Source: Caulobacteraceae bacterium (GTDB lineage Bacteria > Pseudomonadota > Alphaproteobacteria > Caulobacterales > Caulobacteraceae). From it: 64,000 nt of DNA. The notes below the pieces were generated by a model, which saw only the letters and a program-made list of their open reading frames with translations, did not search any database and was not told the DNA's origin. This document shows positions 1 to 8,462 of the stretch, one piece after another; positions within the stretch are counted from its first letter, which is position 1, and every line of letters starts with the position of its first letter. The stretch is taken from contig JBEPUW010000010.1 of the NCBI GenBank assembly GCA_041691315.1, positions 4,583-68,582 on the forward strand. The letters run 5' to 3'. Both the position numbers and the translations under genes were made by a program.

Positions 1-322
1 TGCATTTGGCCTTGCCGGCCCGACGCTTGCCCAGCGACAGCAGGCGGCAGAGCCGGGAATAGGCCGGTCGGTCGGTCGGGTAGACCAGCACGCCGGAGCC
101 ATCCACGAGGTCCAGTCGGCAGCCGACGATCAGTCGAACCCCGGTGAGCTTGGCGGCCTCATGGGCGCGAACGATGCCGGCGACCGAGTTGCGGTCGACA
201 ATGGCCAGGGCCTCGATCCCGCATACGGCGGCCTGGCTGAACAGGTCCTCGCAGGACGAGGCGCCGCGCAAGAACGAGAAGTGCGAGGTCGCCTGCAGCT
301 CGACATAGCGCGGGCCGCTCAT
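1..322 (-). CDS. dnaE2: Error-prone DNA polymerase III alpha (DnaE2/ImuC), 5' part; runs off window start
   Basis: Manual translation from ATG at 322: MSGPRYVELQATSHFSFLRGASSCEDLF...AIVDRNSVAGIVRAH, the PHP-domain start of DnaE2; ATGA overlap with imuB stop. Confidence 0.92.
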   Translation of the reverse strand, partial: MSGPRYVELQATSHFSFLRGASSCEDLFSQAAVCGIEALAIVDRNSVAGIVRAHEAAKLTGVRLIVGCRLDLVDGSGVLVYPTDRPAYSRLCRLLSLGKRRAGKAKC

Positions 323-1842
323 CCGAACAGCCCGTGTAGGAACCAGGTCAGGTCGCCGGTGGCGGCCTGCTCGCCGTCGCCGCGGCGGAACACCCAAAAC
401 CGCTCGCCCGCATCGTCCTCGAGTTGGAAGTAGTCGCGCACGGCATCGATCTCGCCGTCGCGCCGCCACCACTCGCCGAAGATCCGCTCAGGCCCGTCCG
501 CGCGCCTCACCCGCCGGCGCACCCCCCGCCAGGTGAAGGCTGTGGGGGGTTGGTCGGGCAGGAGGGCCAGGGTCTCGATCCGCTCAGGACGAGGCAAAAG
601 ACGGGCTGGCCGCGGCCAGTGCGCGGGCCAGGTGTCGCCGGTCGGCGGCGCGGTCGGAGCGGTCCTGCGAACGGAACGCTCGGGCACGTCGCTCTGGGCG
701 GGGGCGGCGCGGTAGAGGCGCCCGGGACCTAGGCGATTGACGAGGGTGTCAACGAGGTCGGCGATATCCGGCTGCGGCGCCTCGGTCAGGTCGGTGGCGA
801 CGGGCTTCCAGGTCAGGGGCTCGGCCATCGGCGCCGCCAGCACCATGGTCTCGACGCCAAAGCCCGGATCGACGGTCTCCAGCTTGTCGCAGAGCAGGCG
901 GGTAAGGCGCTTGATGTCGCGGACCGGCTTGGCCATGCCGACGCGCACCACCTCGATGCGGTTGTCCACCCGGTGGAAGCGCAGATCGAGTTGGCGGGCG
1001 CCAAGGCCCTTGGCTTCCAGCGCCTGGCATAGGGCCTCGACCAGCTTGAGGGTGTAGCGGGCCAAGGTTTCAGGCGCACCGATCGGCTCGGCGAAGGCTC
1101 GCCGGACCTGGATCAGTTCCGGGACTTCGACCGGCTCGATGGGTTCTGCGGTCCGACCATAGGCCTGATCGAGCCGGCGGGTCAGCTCCGGTCCGAACCT
1201 CAGCGCCAAGGGCGCCCGGGGCTTGCCCTCGATCTCGCCGACGGTGTCGATTCCCATCTTGCCCAGGGCGTCGGCCATGCCCTCGGGCAGTCGCAAGGCG
1301 CGGGTCGGGAGGTGGGCGATCGCCCGGCCGCTGAGGTCGGAGGGAACGATGATCGTCGGGTGCGCGACGAAGCGCGCCAGGGCGTGGGCGCCGCCCCAGG
1401 TCCCGGCCATGGCGGCCCGGGCCGTGAAGCCGCCGCTGGCCAGCCTGCCGACCATGTCGGCGAGCAGGGCTTCTTCGCCCCCGAACAGGTGTGCCGCGCC
1501 GCTGGCTTCGATCACCAGGCCGGCGGGCGGGTCGGCCGCCACGATCGGCGCGTAAAGCTTCAGGGCCCAGAGCGCCAGGCGGTCCAAGGCCTCGGCGTCA
1601 CCCTCGGGATCCGCGTCGTGGACGACCAGCTCGGCGCACAGGGCGCGGGCCTGGGTGGCCGCCATGCCGGGACAGAGCCGGAGCGCTTGCGCGGCGCTGT
1701 CCGCAGCGAGCACGATCCGTTTGCGGCCCGAGCGGCCGATCGATACGACCGGGATGTCAGCCGGCGGCGCGTCTTTGCCAAGGCGGCGCCGCAAGCGATC
1801 GGTCGGCCAGGTCGGCAGGTAGAGCGAGACGACCCGTCTCAT
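319..1842 (-). CDS. imuB: Y-family polymerase-like accessory protein ImuB
   Basis: MRRVVSLYLPTWPTDR start, C-terminal GPERIFGEWW...RDYF...WFLHGLF motif; sits between imuA and dnaE2; start moved to ATG 1842. Confidence 0.92.
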   Translation of the reverse strand: MRRVVSLYLPTWPTDRLRRRLGKDAPPADIPVVSIGRSGRKRIVLAADSAAQALRLCPGMAATQARALCAELVVHDADPEGDAEALDRLALWALKLYAPIVAADPPAGLVIEASGAAHLFGGEEALLADMVGRLASGGFTARAAMAGTWGGAHALARFVAHPTIIVPSDLSGRAIAHLPTRALRLPEGMADALGKMGIDTVGEIEGKPRAPLALRFGPELTRRLDQAYGRTAEPIEPVEVPELIQVRRAFAEPIGAPETLARYTLKLVEALCQALEAKGLGARQLDLRFHRVDNRIEVVRVGMAKPVRDIKRLTRLLCDKLETVDPGFGVETMVLAAPMAEPLTWKPVATDLTEAPQPDIADLVDTLVNRLGPGRLYRAAPAQSDVPERSVRRTAPTAPPTGDTWPAHWPRPARLLPRPERIETLALLPDQPPTAFTWRGVRRRVRRADGPERIFGEWWRRDGEIDAVRDYFQLEDDAGERFWVFRRGDGEQAATGDLTWFLHGLFG

Positions 1843-2518
1843 CACAGGCTTCCAATTCAAAATCCGCACACTCACCCGCCTTGCAGCGGATGAGTTCAAT
1901 GAACCATCGGGGTCGGCCGACACCGACGGCCGGGAGCGGCGAGGAGGGCAGGGCGGTCACTCGCCAACGGGTAGTCGCGGCCGTCGGCTGGCCGAAGTCG
2001 GCCGCTTCGGCTTGGCGGCGCCATCGGCGGACCGCGATGCCCATCGTTCCTGAGCCCTCGGCGGAGAGTTGCAGCCGCCGTGAGGCGGTCATGGAGAGGC
2101 GCGCAACCTCGCCAACCACAGCGCCCAGGCCGCCGTGCCGCAGCCCTTCCTCGAAACAGGCCAGGACGGTCTTCTCGTCGCCGGCCTCGACATAGATGAC
2201 CCGGTCGGCCGCCAGGCCGGCCTGGGCCAAGGAGGGTGCGAACAGGTCCTTGCGGGTGACGCACCAGAGCACCTGGCCGCGCGTCCGCGCAGCGATGCCG
2301 GCGGCGAACAGCGCCGCGGCCGTGCCGTCGATGGCGCCGTTGCCGCCGCCGGCAACCTCATGGAGCGCGCCCAGCGCCAGGCCGCCGTGGGGAAGGTGGT
2401 GGTCGAGGACCTCCAGGCCGAATGGCAGGAACCCCTTGGGCGCACGGCCGCCGGCCTCGATCTTCTCGATCGCGGCGCGCAAAGCGTCGAAGGCGCGAGG
2501 GGACTGCGCGATGGGCAT
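1757..2518 (-). CDS. imuA: RecA-like damage-inducible mutagenesis protein ImuA
   Basis: LPFG..LD..LP.GGLALGALHEV, EEGLRHGGLGAVVGEV, ASRRLQL, TRWRV motifs; first gene of imuA-imuB-dnaE2. Confidence 0.9.
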   Translation of the reverse strand: MPIAQSPRAFDALRAAIEKIEAGGRAPKGFLPFGLEVLDHHLPHGGLALGALHEVAGGGNGAIDGTAAALFAAGIAARTRGQVLWCVTRKDLFAPSLAQAGLAADRVIYVEAGDEKTVLACFEEGLRHGGLGAVVGEVARLSMTASRRLQLSAEGSGTMGIAVRRWRRQAEAADFGQPTAATTRWRVTALPSSPLPAVGVGRPRWFIELIRCKAGECADFELEACDETGRLALPADLADRSLAAPPWQRRAAG

Positions 2519-2547
2519 GGACTCCAAAACAGGACAGCGGTAGTCAT

Positions 2548-2562
2548 GTTCCCTATTCGTTC
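2548..2562. promoter_or_regulatory. Alphaproteobacterial LexA (SOS) box upstream of imuA
   Basis: GTTC-CCTATTC-GTTC = exact GTTC-N7-GTTC, 30 nt upstream of the imuA start. Confidence 0.85.
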
Positions 2563-2590
2563 TTCCTGAGGTCCGAAAGAGTCAAGTGCT

Positions 2591-2989
2591 ATGATGGGAT
2601 CAGCTGTGCAGAATCCGGAGGCCGCCATCACCGAGACCCTGCCGCCTGACCTTCCCACGACGTTGAAGCGTCCCGAGGAAAAGACCATCCGCAGCTTCAA
2701 ACCGTGGATGATCGGGGAGGACACGATCGCCACGCTGCTCGACAACGGCTGGTCGCTCGGGATCTGCTGTCGTCACTGTCCACGGACGATCGAGATGAAG
2801 CCGGAGGCGATCGAAGCCAAGTTCGGCGGCTACCGAGGCCTGCGGCTCGTAGACCTCTTGCCGAAGCTGACCTGCGGCGAACCGAAAGGCTGCGGCTCAA
2901 CCGACATGGTACTGTTTCCTTGGAAGGAGAAGCCTCCCAAGACGAAGCCGAAGGCGGAGGAGCCCCCGGTCGCCGAGCTGCCTTTCTGA
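2591..2989 (+). CDS. Small hypothetical protein with a probable zinc ribbon
   Basis: CCRHC and CGEPKGC cysteine pairs; divergent from imuA; start may be ATG 2708. Confidence 0.6.
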   Translation: MMGSAVQNPEAAITETLPPDLPTTLKRPEEKTIRSFKPWMIGEDTIATLLDNGWSLGICCRHCPRTIEMKPEAIEAKFGGYRGLRLVDLLPKLTCGEPKGCGSTDMVLFPWKEKPPKTKPKAEEPPVAELPF

Positions 2990-3001
2990 CGCTGCGCTAT
3001 C

Positions 3002-3736
3002 CTACGCTGGAACGGCCAGGTCCGAGCGGGCGTCGGTCGCCACCAGCTTCAGGACTCCGTCCTCCAAGGGCCGCTGCAGGTGTTTCACCTCGGGCCATGG
3101 CGCGTCGCTCAGCCAGAGATCCCACTCCGCCGGCGACGTCAGGAACACCGGCTGGGCCTTGTCATGGTAGGTGCGAACCGGCTGGCGGGCATCCGTGGTC
3201 ATGAAGCCGTAGGCTTCGATTTCCTCCCACCCTGTCTTGATCTTGCGAACGCAGGCATGAGGCGCCCAGACGCCAGCAAAGAAGGCGAGCGGCCGGCTCT
3301 CATCGAGCGCGAACCATTGGAACTTGCGCGACCCTCCCACCTGGTCGGGCTCGCTGAACGAAGTCATCGGCACCAGGCAGCGGTTCTTCGTGCCCATCCA
3401 TTGCTGCCAGTGCGCGATCTCGGTCTTACGCACATTGGTGATGCCGGCGTCGGGCTCCAATCGGAGCAACTCATCCCAATCGTAGTCCTTGCCTTTGGCG
3501 CGGAGCTTCTCGGCCCGCTCCTTCGCAGCCTTCTGGACCACCCAGGCAGGGGAAGGCAGGCCCCAGCGCATGTCGCGCATCTCGCGTTGACCGTCCTCGC
3601 CCACCAGCACGACTGGAGCTGGATAATCGGGATAGATGCCCGGGGAGGGGGGCTGGTTGTCGCTGCAGTCGCGCATCGCGCCGGCGAGCGTCGCCGCTTC
3701 GGCCCGCGTGCGCATCATGGCATAAAGGTTACACAT
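3002..3736 (-). CDS. SOS response-associated peptidase (SRAP/YedK/HMCES family abasic-site protein)
   Basis: N-terminal M-C-N-L-Y (catalytic Cys2), MRWGLP, RCLVP..F.E, H-D-K..PV motifs. Confidence 0.88.
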   Translation of the reverse strand: MCNLYAMMRTRAEAATLAGAMRDCSDNQPPSPGIYPDYPAPVVLVGEDGQREMRDMRWGLPSPAWVVQKAAKERAEKLRAKGKDYDWDELLRLEPDAGITNVRKTEIAHWQQWMGTKNRCLVPMTSFSEPDQVGGSRKFQWFALDESRPLAFFAGVWAPHACVRKIKTGWEEIEAYGFMTTDARQPVRTYHDKAQPVFLTSPAEWDLWLSDAPWPEVKHLQRPLEDGVLKLVATDARSDLAVPA

Positions 3737-3746
3737 CGTTCCTTCC

Positions 3747-3929
3747 CTACTGCCGAAGCGTTCGATCGCTGGCGAACGCCTTATGGTCCAGCAGCTCCGC
3801 CAACTCATCGGCGTCTTGGATGTCGAGACCCGTCTGAGGGACGTCGCTGATTACGACGGGTTCGCCGGTGAAGAGGTCGAACACTGTCCATCCCTCCCGA
3901 TCTTCACGGATGTCATATCGCTGGGGCAT
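3747..3929 (-). CDS. Small acidic hypothetical protein (60 aa)
   Basis: ORF with AGGA-type RBS, co-oriented and 10 nt upstream of SRAP; protein-like composition (GWTVFDLFTGEP). Confidence 0.6.
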   Translation of the reverse strand: MPQRYDIREDREGWTVFDLFTGEPVVISDVPQTGLDIQDADELAELLDHKAFASDRTLRQ

Positions 3930-4014
3930 GGTCCGCAGTCCTGTCGGCGTCCTGGCATCTAAGGACGGCGTCGATCAGGGGTCAACGTCGCGAACGATGG
4001 GCTGAACGTCTCCG

Positions 4015-4029
4015 GTTCTGTTTCTGTTC
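4015..4029. promoter_or_regulatory. LexA (SOS) box in the divergent SRAP/dinB promoter region
   Basis: GTTC-TGTTTCT-GTTC = exact GTTC-N7-GTTC, 22 nt upstream of dinB ATG 4052. Confidence 0.85.
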
Positions 4030-4051
4030 TAGATTCGCTATGCTTCCGTCC

Positions 4052-5145
4052 ATGGGCGAAGCGGTTCGCAAAATAATCCACGTCGACATGGACGCTTTCT
4101 ACGCGTCGGTCGAACAACGGGACAATCCTGACCTCCGGGGAAGGCCGGTGGCCGTCGGCCATGGCGCGCGCCGCGGCGTGGTGGCGGCGGCCAGTTACGA
4201 AGCGCGGCAGTTTGGGGTTCGCTCGGCGCTGCCGTCCGTCACGGCGATGCGCAAATGTCCGGAGCTGTTCTTTGTGCCGCCGCGATTTGACGTCTACCGG
4301 GCGATTTCGCGCCAAGTGCACGGCGTCTTCGCGGAGTTCACTGATCTGATCGAGCCGCTGGCCCTGGATGAGGCCTATCTCGACGTCACCGCCAACAAGG
4401 CCGGCCTTCCGACGGCGTGGCTGACCGCCAAGGCAATCCGCGCCAGAATCCTCGAAGAGACCGGCCTGACCGCGTCGGCCGGCGTCTCCTATAACAAGTT
4501 CCTGGCCAAACTGGCGTCTGGCCAGCGCAAGCCGAACGGGCAATTCGCCATCATGCCGGAGGAGGGGGCGGCGTTTGTCGAAGCCCTGCCCGTGGACAAG
4601 TTCCACGGGGTCGGCCCTGCAACAGCCACGCGGATGCACGCCGCTGGCATCCAGACTGGCGCCGACTTGAAGACCTGGTCGCTGCAGGACCTGAAGCACC
4701 GCTTCGGCAAGGCTGGCGCCGGGTATTACGCCATCGTCCGGGGCCAGGATGATCGGGTCGTCAATCCCAATCGGGAGCGAAAGTCGTCGGGCTCGGAGAC
4801 AACCTTCGAGCAGGATCTGATTGATCCGGTCCGCATCGAGGCCGGCGTTCTGGCCATGGCCGACGATGTCTGGGATTGGTGTGAGAAGACCGGCGGGCGC
4901 GGTCGCACCGTCACCGTGAAGATCAAGTGGGCGACTTCCAGCAGTCCACCCGGAGCCAATCGTTGGCCAGGGCGATCGATAGCCGCGCGACTTTGCACGA
5001 GGCCAGTCTTGGGCTGATCCGGTCGGTGTTTCCGCCGATGAAAGGCATTCGCCTGGTCGGCGTCATCTTGTCGAATTTCGCCGGGCAGCAGGGTAGCGTG
5101 ACACAGGGGCTGTCGCTCCTGCCTGAGTGGGATGCCGCTGCTTGA
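4052..5145 (+). pseudogene. dinB: DNA polymerase IV (DinB), frameshifted near 4928-4933 (real or sequencing error)
   Basis: KIIHVDMDAFYASVE, YEAR, LALDEAYLD motifs; after VKIKW the little-finger domain (DFQQSTRS...IRLVGV) continues in another frame (ORF 4927..5145). Confidence 0.85.
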
Positions 5146-6056
5146 TACAAGTTGAAGCCAATCCGCAGGATGCGGTCAATCTTGAAGCCCTCGCCGCCAA
5201 GCTTGAGGCCACCGGGGACTATCGCGTGCTCCGGAAGCTCGCACCCCGGCCGGCCATAGAGCCCCCGGCAGGCGTCAAGGTGCGGCAAGGCCTGTTCGTC
5301 GACACCGAGACGACGGGCCTCGATCCGGCGCGCGACGAGATCATCGAGCTGGCGATGGTGCCCTTCACCTATAGCCTCGACGGCCAAGTCTACGCCGTTG
5401 GCGAACCGTTCCAGCAGCTGCAAGAGCCATCGAAGCCTATCCCGGCCGAGATCACCGCCATCACCGGGATCGACGACGCGATGGTCGCGGGCAAACGTAT
5501 CAACCCCGACGAAGTCGCTCACGCGGCCGCGCCCGCCTCGCTGGTTGTGGCGCACAACGCCGCCTTCGACCGGCGATTCCTCGAGCGGTTCTGTGAGACG
5601 TTCAACACAAAGCCCTGGGCCTGTTCGATGAGCGAGATCGACTGGGCGGCGGAGGGCTATGAGGGGACGAAACTGGCCTACCTCGCGGGCGGAGCCGGGT
5701 TCTTTTACGAACGCCATCGGGCAACCCACGACTGCATGGCGGCGATAGAATTGCTGGCCCGCGTGCATCCGCGGAGTGGCCGAACCGGCCTTGCGCAGCT
5801 GCTGGAGCGCGCGCGCACGCCCTCCTACCGGATCTGGGCGGAGAACTCGCCCTTCGATCTGAAGGACATTCTGAAGGCTCGCGGCTATCGCTGGAACGGG
5901 GAGGGCACTGGAAACCCGAAGGCTTGGTACATCGACGTCGCGGAAGGGGCACGCGAGCCTGAACTCGCTTTCCTGAAGGCCGAGATCTATCGCGGTGAGA
6001 TTGAACTCCTGGTTCGACGCATTGACGCCTACGACCGGTTCTCGGATCGGTGCTGA
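5142..6056 (+). CDS. DEDDh 3'-5' exonuclease (DnaQ/epsilon-like)
   Basis: FVDTETTG, AHNAAFD, HRATHDC Exo I-III motifs; probable TTG start overlapping the dinB stop (start uncertain). Confidence 0.85.
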   Translation: MIQVEANPQDAVNLEALAAKLEATGDYRVLRKLAPRPAIEPPAGVKVRQGLFVDTETTGLDPARDEIIELAMVPFTYSLDGQVYAVGEPFQQLQEPSKPIPAEITAITGIDDAMVAGKRINPDEVAHAAAPASLVVAHNAAFDRRFLERFCETFNTKPWACSMSEIDWAAEGYEGTKLAYLAGGAGFFYERHRATHDCMAAIELLARVHPRSGRTGLAQLLERARTPSYRIWAENSPFDLKDILKARGYRWNGEGTGNPKAWYIDVAEGAREPELAFLKAEIYRGEIELLVRRIDAYDRFSDRC

Positions 6057-6155
6057 CGGCGTCGCCTCAACGTGCGTTTTGCTATTCACTCACGTAAACC
6101 GAGGCGTGTGGCAGACGACTCGTCATGGGAGCTGGCTTAGGGGCGGGCGTTTTAG

Positions 6156-8462
6156 ATGGCGAAGGGGTTTAGCGGGTCCACGATCAAGTCGTGGTTTCAG
6201 TACCGATGCGAAAGAAAGGTCCGCTTCGAGCTCTCCAGCAACGACGAACTGAAAGACGCTGCCGTTGAAAAGGACGTTCGCCAGGCCAGCTGGGCCGTGT
6301 TGGGCAATGAGTTCGAGGATCGAGTTGTCGCACGGCTCGCGCGCGAGGAAGGCGTCCGGCGGCCAAAACGTCCCAAAGAACCGCTTGAAGAACAGATCAC
6401 TGTCGCTTTCCTTCGCGGTGAGCTAGCGGTCCCTTACATCGCCCAGGCGAACCTAACTCCCCGATCCGCGCCGACTTTTCTCGCGGGCACCGGCCTGACC
6501 CTGAACCGGAACCTACCGGACCTCATTCAGCGCACACTTGGCATTGACGGTGAGCCCGACCTCCTGACGATCATCGACGTCAAGGCGACCAGGAATGCGA
6601 CGGCATTTCACAAAACGCAGGTCGCCTTCTACGGGTTGGTGCTCGAAGAGCTTCTGGCTGAGTTGGGTGCGACCAACCATCGGCGCGTCCGTCTCGACCC
6701 GTTCGGAGAGGTATGGCGAATCCCCGACGACGGCACGGCGGAAGGCGATGCTAAGCAGATCGAGCGCTTTGCTCTGCTGCCCTACCGACGGCTCGTGAAC
6801 GAATTCTGCGGCGAAATCCTCCCGAAGATCGCGGCCAAGCCCTTAGGTCCCCACCCCAACGAGCCGTTCTTTCACATCTACTTCAAATGCGAGCAGTGCG
6901 AATACCTTGGCCATTGCGCTCGCGCGATTAGTCCAGATCTTCCTCCCGAGCAGCGCGACGTCTCGGCCGTGCCGGGCCTGACCCACGAGGGTAAACGCGC
7001 CTTGCTTCGGATGAAGATGCCGGCGGTCAGCAACCTGGCCGCAGCCGCCGGTTTGGCCGGTGCACCTGGCATTGGTTGGTCCCTAAGCCGCAAGGCCGAG
7101 GTCTTGGCGGAACGCGCCCAGGCTCTCGCTGCCGGTCAAGTCCAGCGAACATCGGAGGAACATACGTTTCTGATGCCGCGACGTGCTGATGTCACCTTCC
7201 TGGTCTCAGTTGACCACGACCCGGTGGACGATCGCGTAGCCGCCATCGGGTATCGTAGGCTCGAAGCCGGCATCTCCAAGGCCGAGCGAATTGCTGTGCC
7301 CGCCGATGGCTCGCTCGCTGCCGAAGCCGACGCGATAATCAGCGTCCTAGGGGACCTCATTCGCGATCTGACGGACGTGGACACCCACAACGCCAGCGAG
7401 CCGGCCAACTCAGCCAACGCACTCTTCGCCCATATCTTCTTCTACGAGCCTACCGAAGCCGTGAACCTCCAGCAGGCGATAGGCCGGCACCTCGACAATG
7501 AGGTGATCCGAACCGCCCTGCTGAATCTCGTCCGGCTGTTTCCGCCAGAAGAGATCGTCCCCGAGCCCGAGTTCAGAGGTGTTCACCACCTCCCGGCCAC
7601 AGCGATCCGCAGTGTGCTGGAGCAGCTTTACGCGTTGCCCGTCATGGTCGCTTACGATTTGCGTCAGACGAGCGGAGCCTTGGCGCAGGCGGGCGCAGTG
7701 GCGGCCTACGAACCGGCTCCAGCGTTTGCGCGACCCTTCTCGTCCCTGCTGTCTATTGACGTTATCCGGCCGTACCGTGATCACCAACCATCGGCCGCCA
7801 CGACGGCGGAGATCGTCGCTGATGTCGGAGCGCGGCTCGACGCGTTGGCCGGGATCATTGGGTGGCTCTTCGCGGAGAATCTGATGGCAGAAGCCGCGGG
7901 GCGCCCGCTGCTGCGGCTCGCCAAAAAGCCGTTCGCATTCCAAGCGACCTTCGATCCGCTGAACGCTGCTGATCTCGACATGCTGCTGGCCTGTGAGCTT
8001 CTGGAAAACCGCGCAGGCATGCTTGAGGCCCTCGTCGGCCTTGCCCAACCAGCCACACGGCGCCGCGATGCTGGCCGTTGCCTGTCGGGCCTGATCTACG
8101 AGAAGAGTTGGCGCCTCGGGCGAAATCGGGTGGTGCTGTTTAAGGTGCCGCCGGAAAGCCGGGAAAGCGAACTTGGACCTGGCGACTTCGACCTCATCCT
8201 GACCGACGATTCGCCCGACCTACGACTCAATTTTGGCCTTTGGCCGCTCGTGCGTTGCCAGATCCGCTACCCCGGCGCTGGTTATGAGGATCGCCACGAC
8301 ATCGTTCAAATTCAGGTTTCTGAACAGGTCTTTCAGGGGCCCACCTTCCAGGACCTGCTACGGGACACGCCTGCTGGAGGCTTCTGCATCGATCGCGCCT
8401 TCTGGGACGTGAACACACCGAAGGCGGCGGCCTTCCTCGCAAACCTGGCCACCGCCGCATGA
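6156..8462 (+). CDS. RecB/Cas4/Dna2-like PD-(D/E)XK nuclease with Cys cluster (TM0106-like N-terminal half)
   Basis: PD...IIDVK...HKTQVAFY nuclease motifs; Cys near the N-terminus (YRCERK) plus CEQC-x5-C, an iron-staple-type arrangement; HhH-like DVSAVPGLT. Confidence 0.7.
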   Translation: MAKGFSGSTIKSWFQYRCERKVRFELSSNDELKDAAVEKDVRQASWAVLGNEFEDRVVARLAREEGVRRPKRPKEPLEEQITVAFLRGELAVPYIAQANLTPRSAPTFLAGTGLTLNRNLPDLIQRTLGIDGEPDLLTIIDVKATRNATAFHKTQVAFYGLVLEELLAELGATNHRRVRLDPFGEVWRIPDDGTAEGDAKQIERFALLPYRRLVNEFCGEILPKIAAKPLGPHPNEPFFHIYFKCEQCEYLGHCARAISPDLPPEQRDVSAVPGLTHEGKRALLRMKMPAVSNLAAAAGLAGAPGIGWSLSRKAEVLAERAQALAAGQVQRTSEEHTFLMPRRADVTFLVSVDHDPVDDRVAAIGYRRLEAGISKAERIAVPADGSLAAEADAIISVLGDLIRDLTDVDTHNASEPANSANALFAHIFFYEPTEAVNLQQAIGRHLDNEVIRTALLNLVRLFPPEEIVPEPEFRGVHHLPATAIRSVLEQLYALPVMVAYDLRQTSGALAQAGAVAAYEPAPAFARPFSSLLSIDVIRPYRDHQPSAATTAEIVADVGARLDALAGIIGWLFAENLMAEAAGRPLLRLAKKPFAFQATFDPLNAADLDMLLACELLENRAGMLEALVGLAQPATRRRDAGRCLSGLIYEKSWRLGRNRVVLFKVPPESRESELGPGDFDLILTDDSPDLRLNFGLWPLVRCQIRYPGAGYEDRHDIVQIQVSEQVFQGPTFQDLLRDTPAGGFCIDRAFWDVNTPKAAAFLANLATAA

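Noticed and set aside
3992-4007. Additional LexA box GAAC-N8-GAAC
   Set aside because: Spacer is 8 nt rather than 7, and a perfect box lies immediately downstream
6156-8462. Cas4 of a CRISPR-Cas system
   Set aside because: Protein is much longer than Cas4, is coupled to a helicase, and has no CRISPR context
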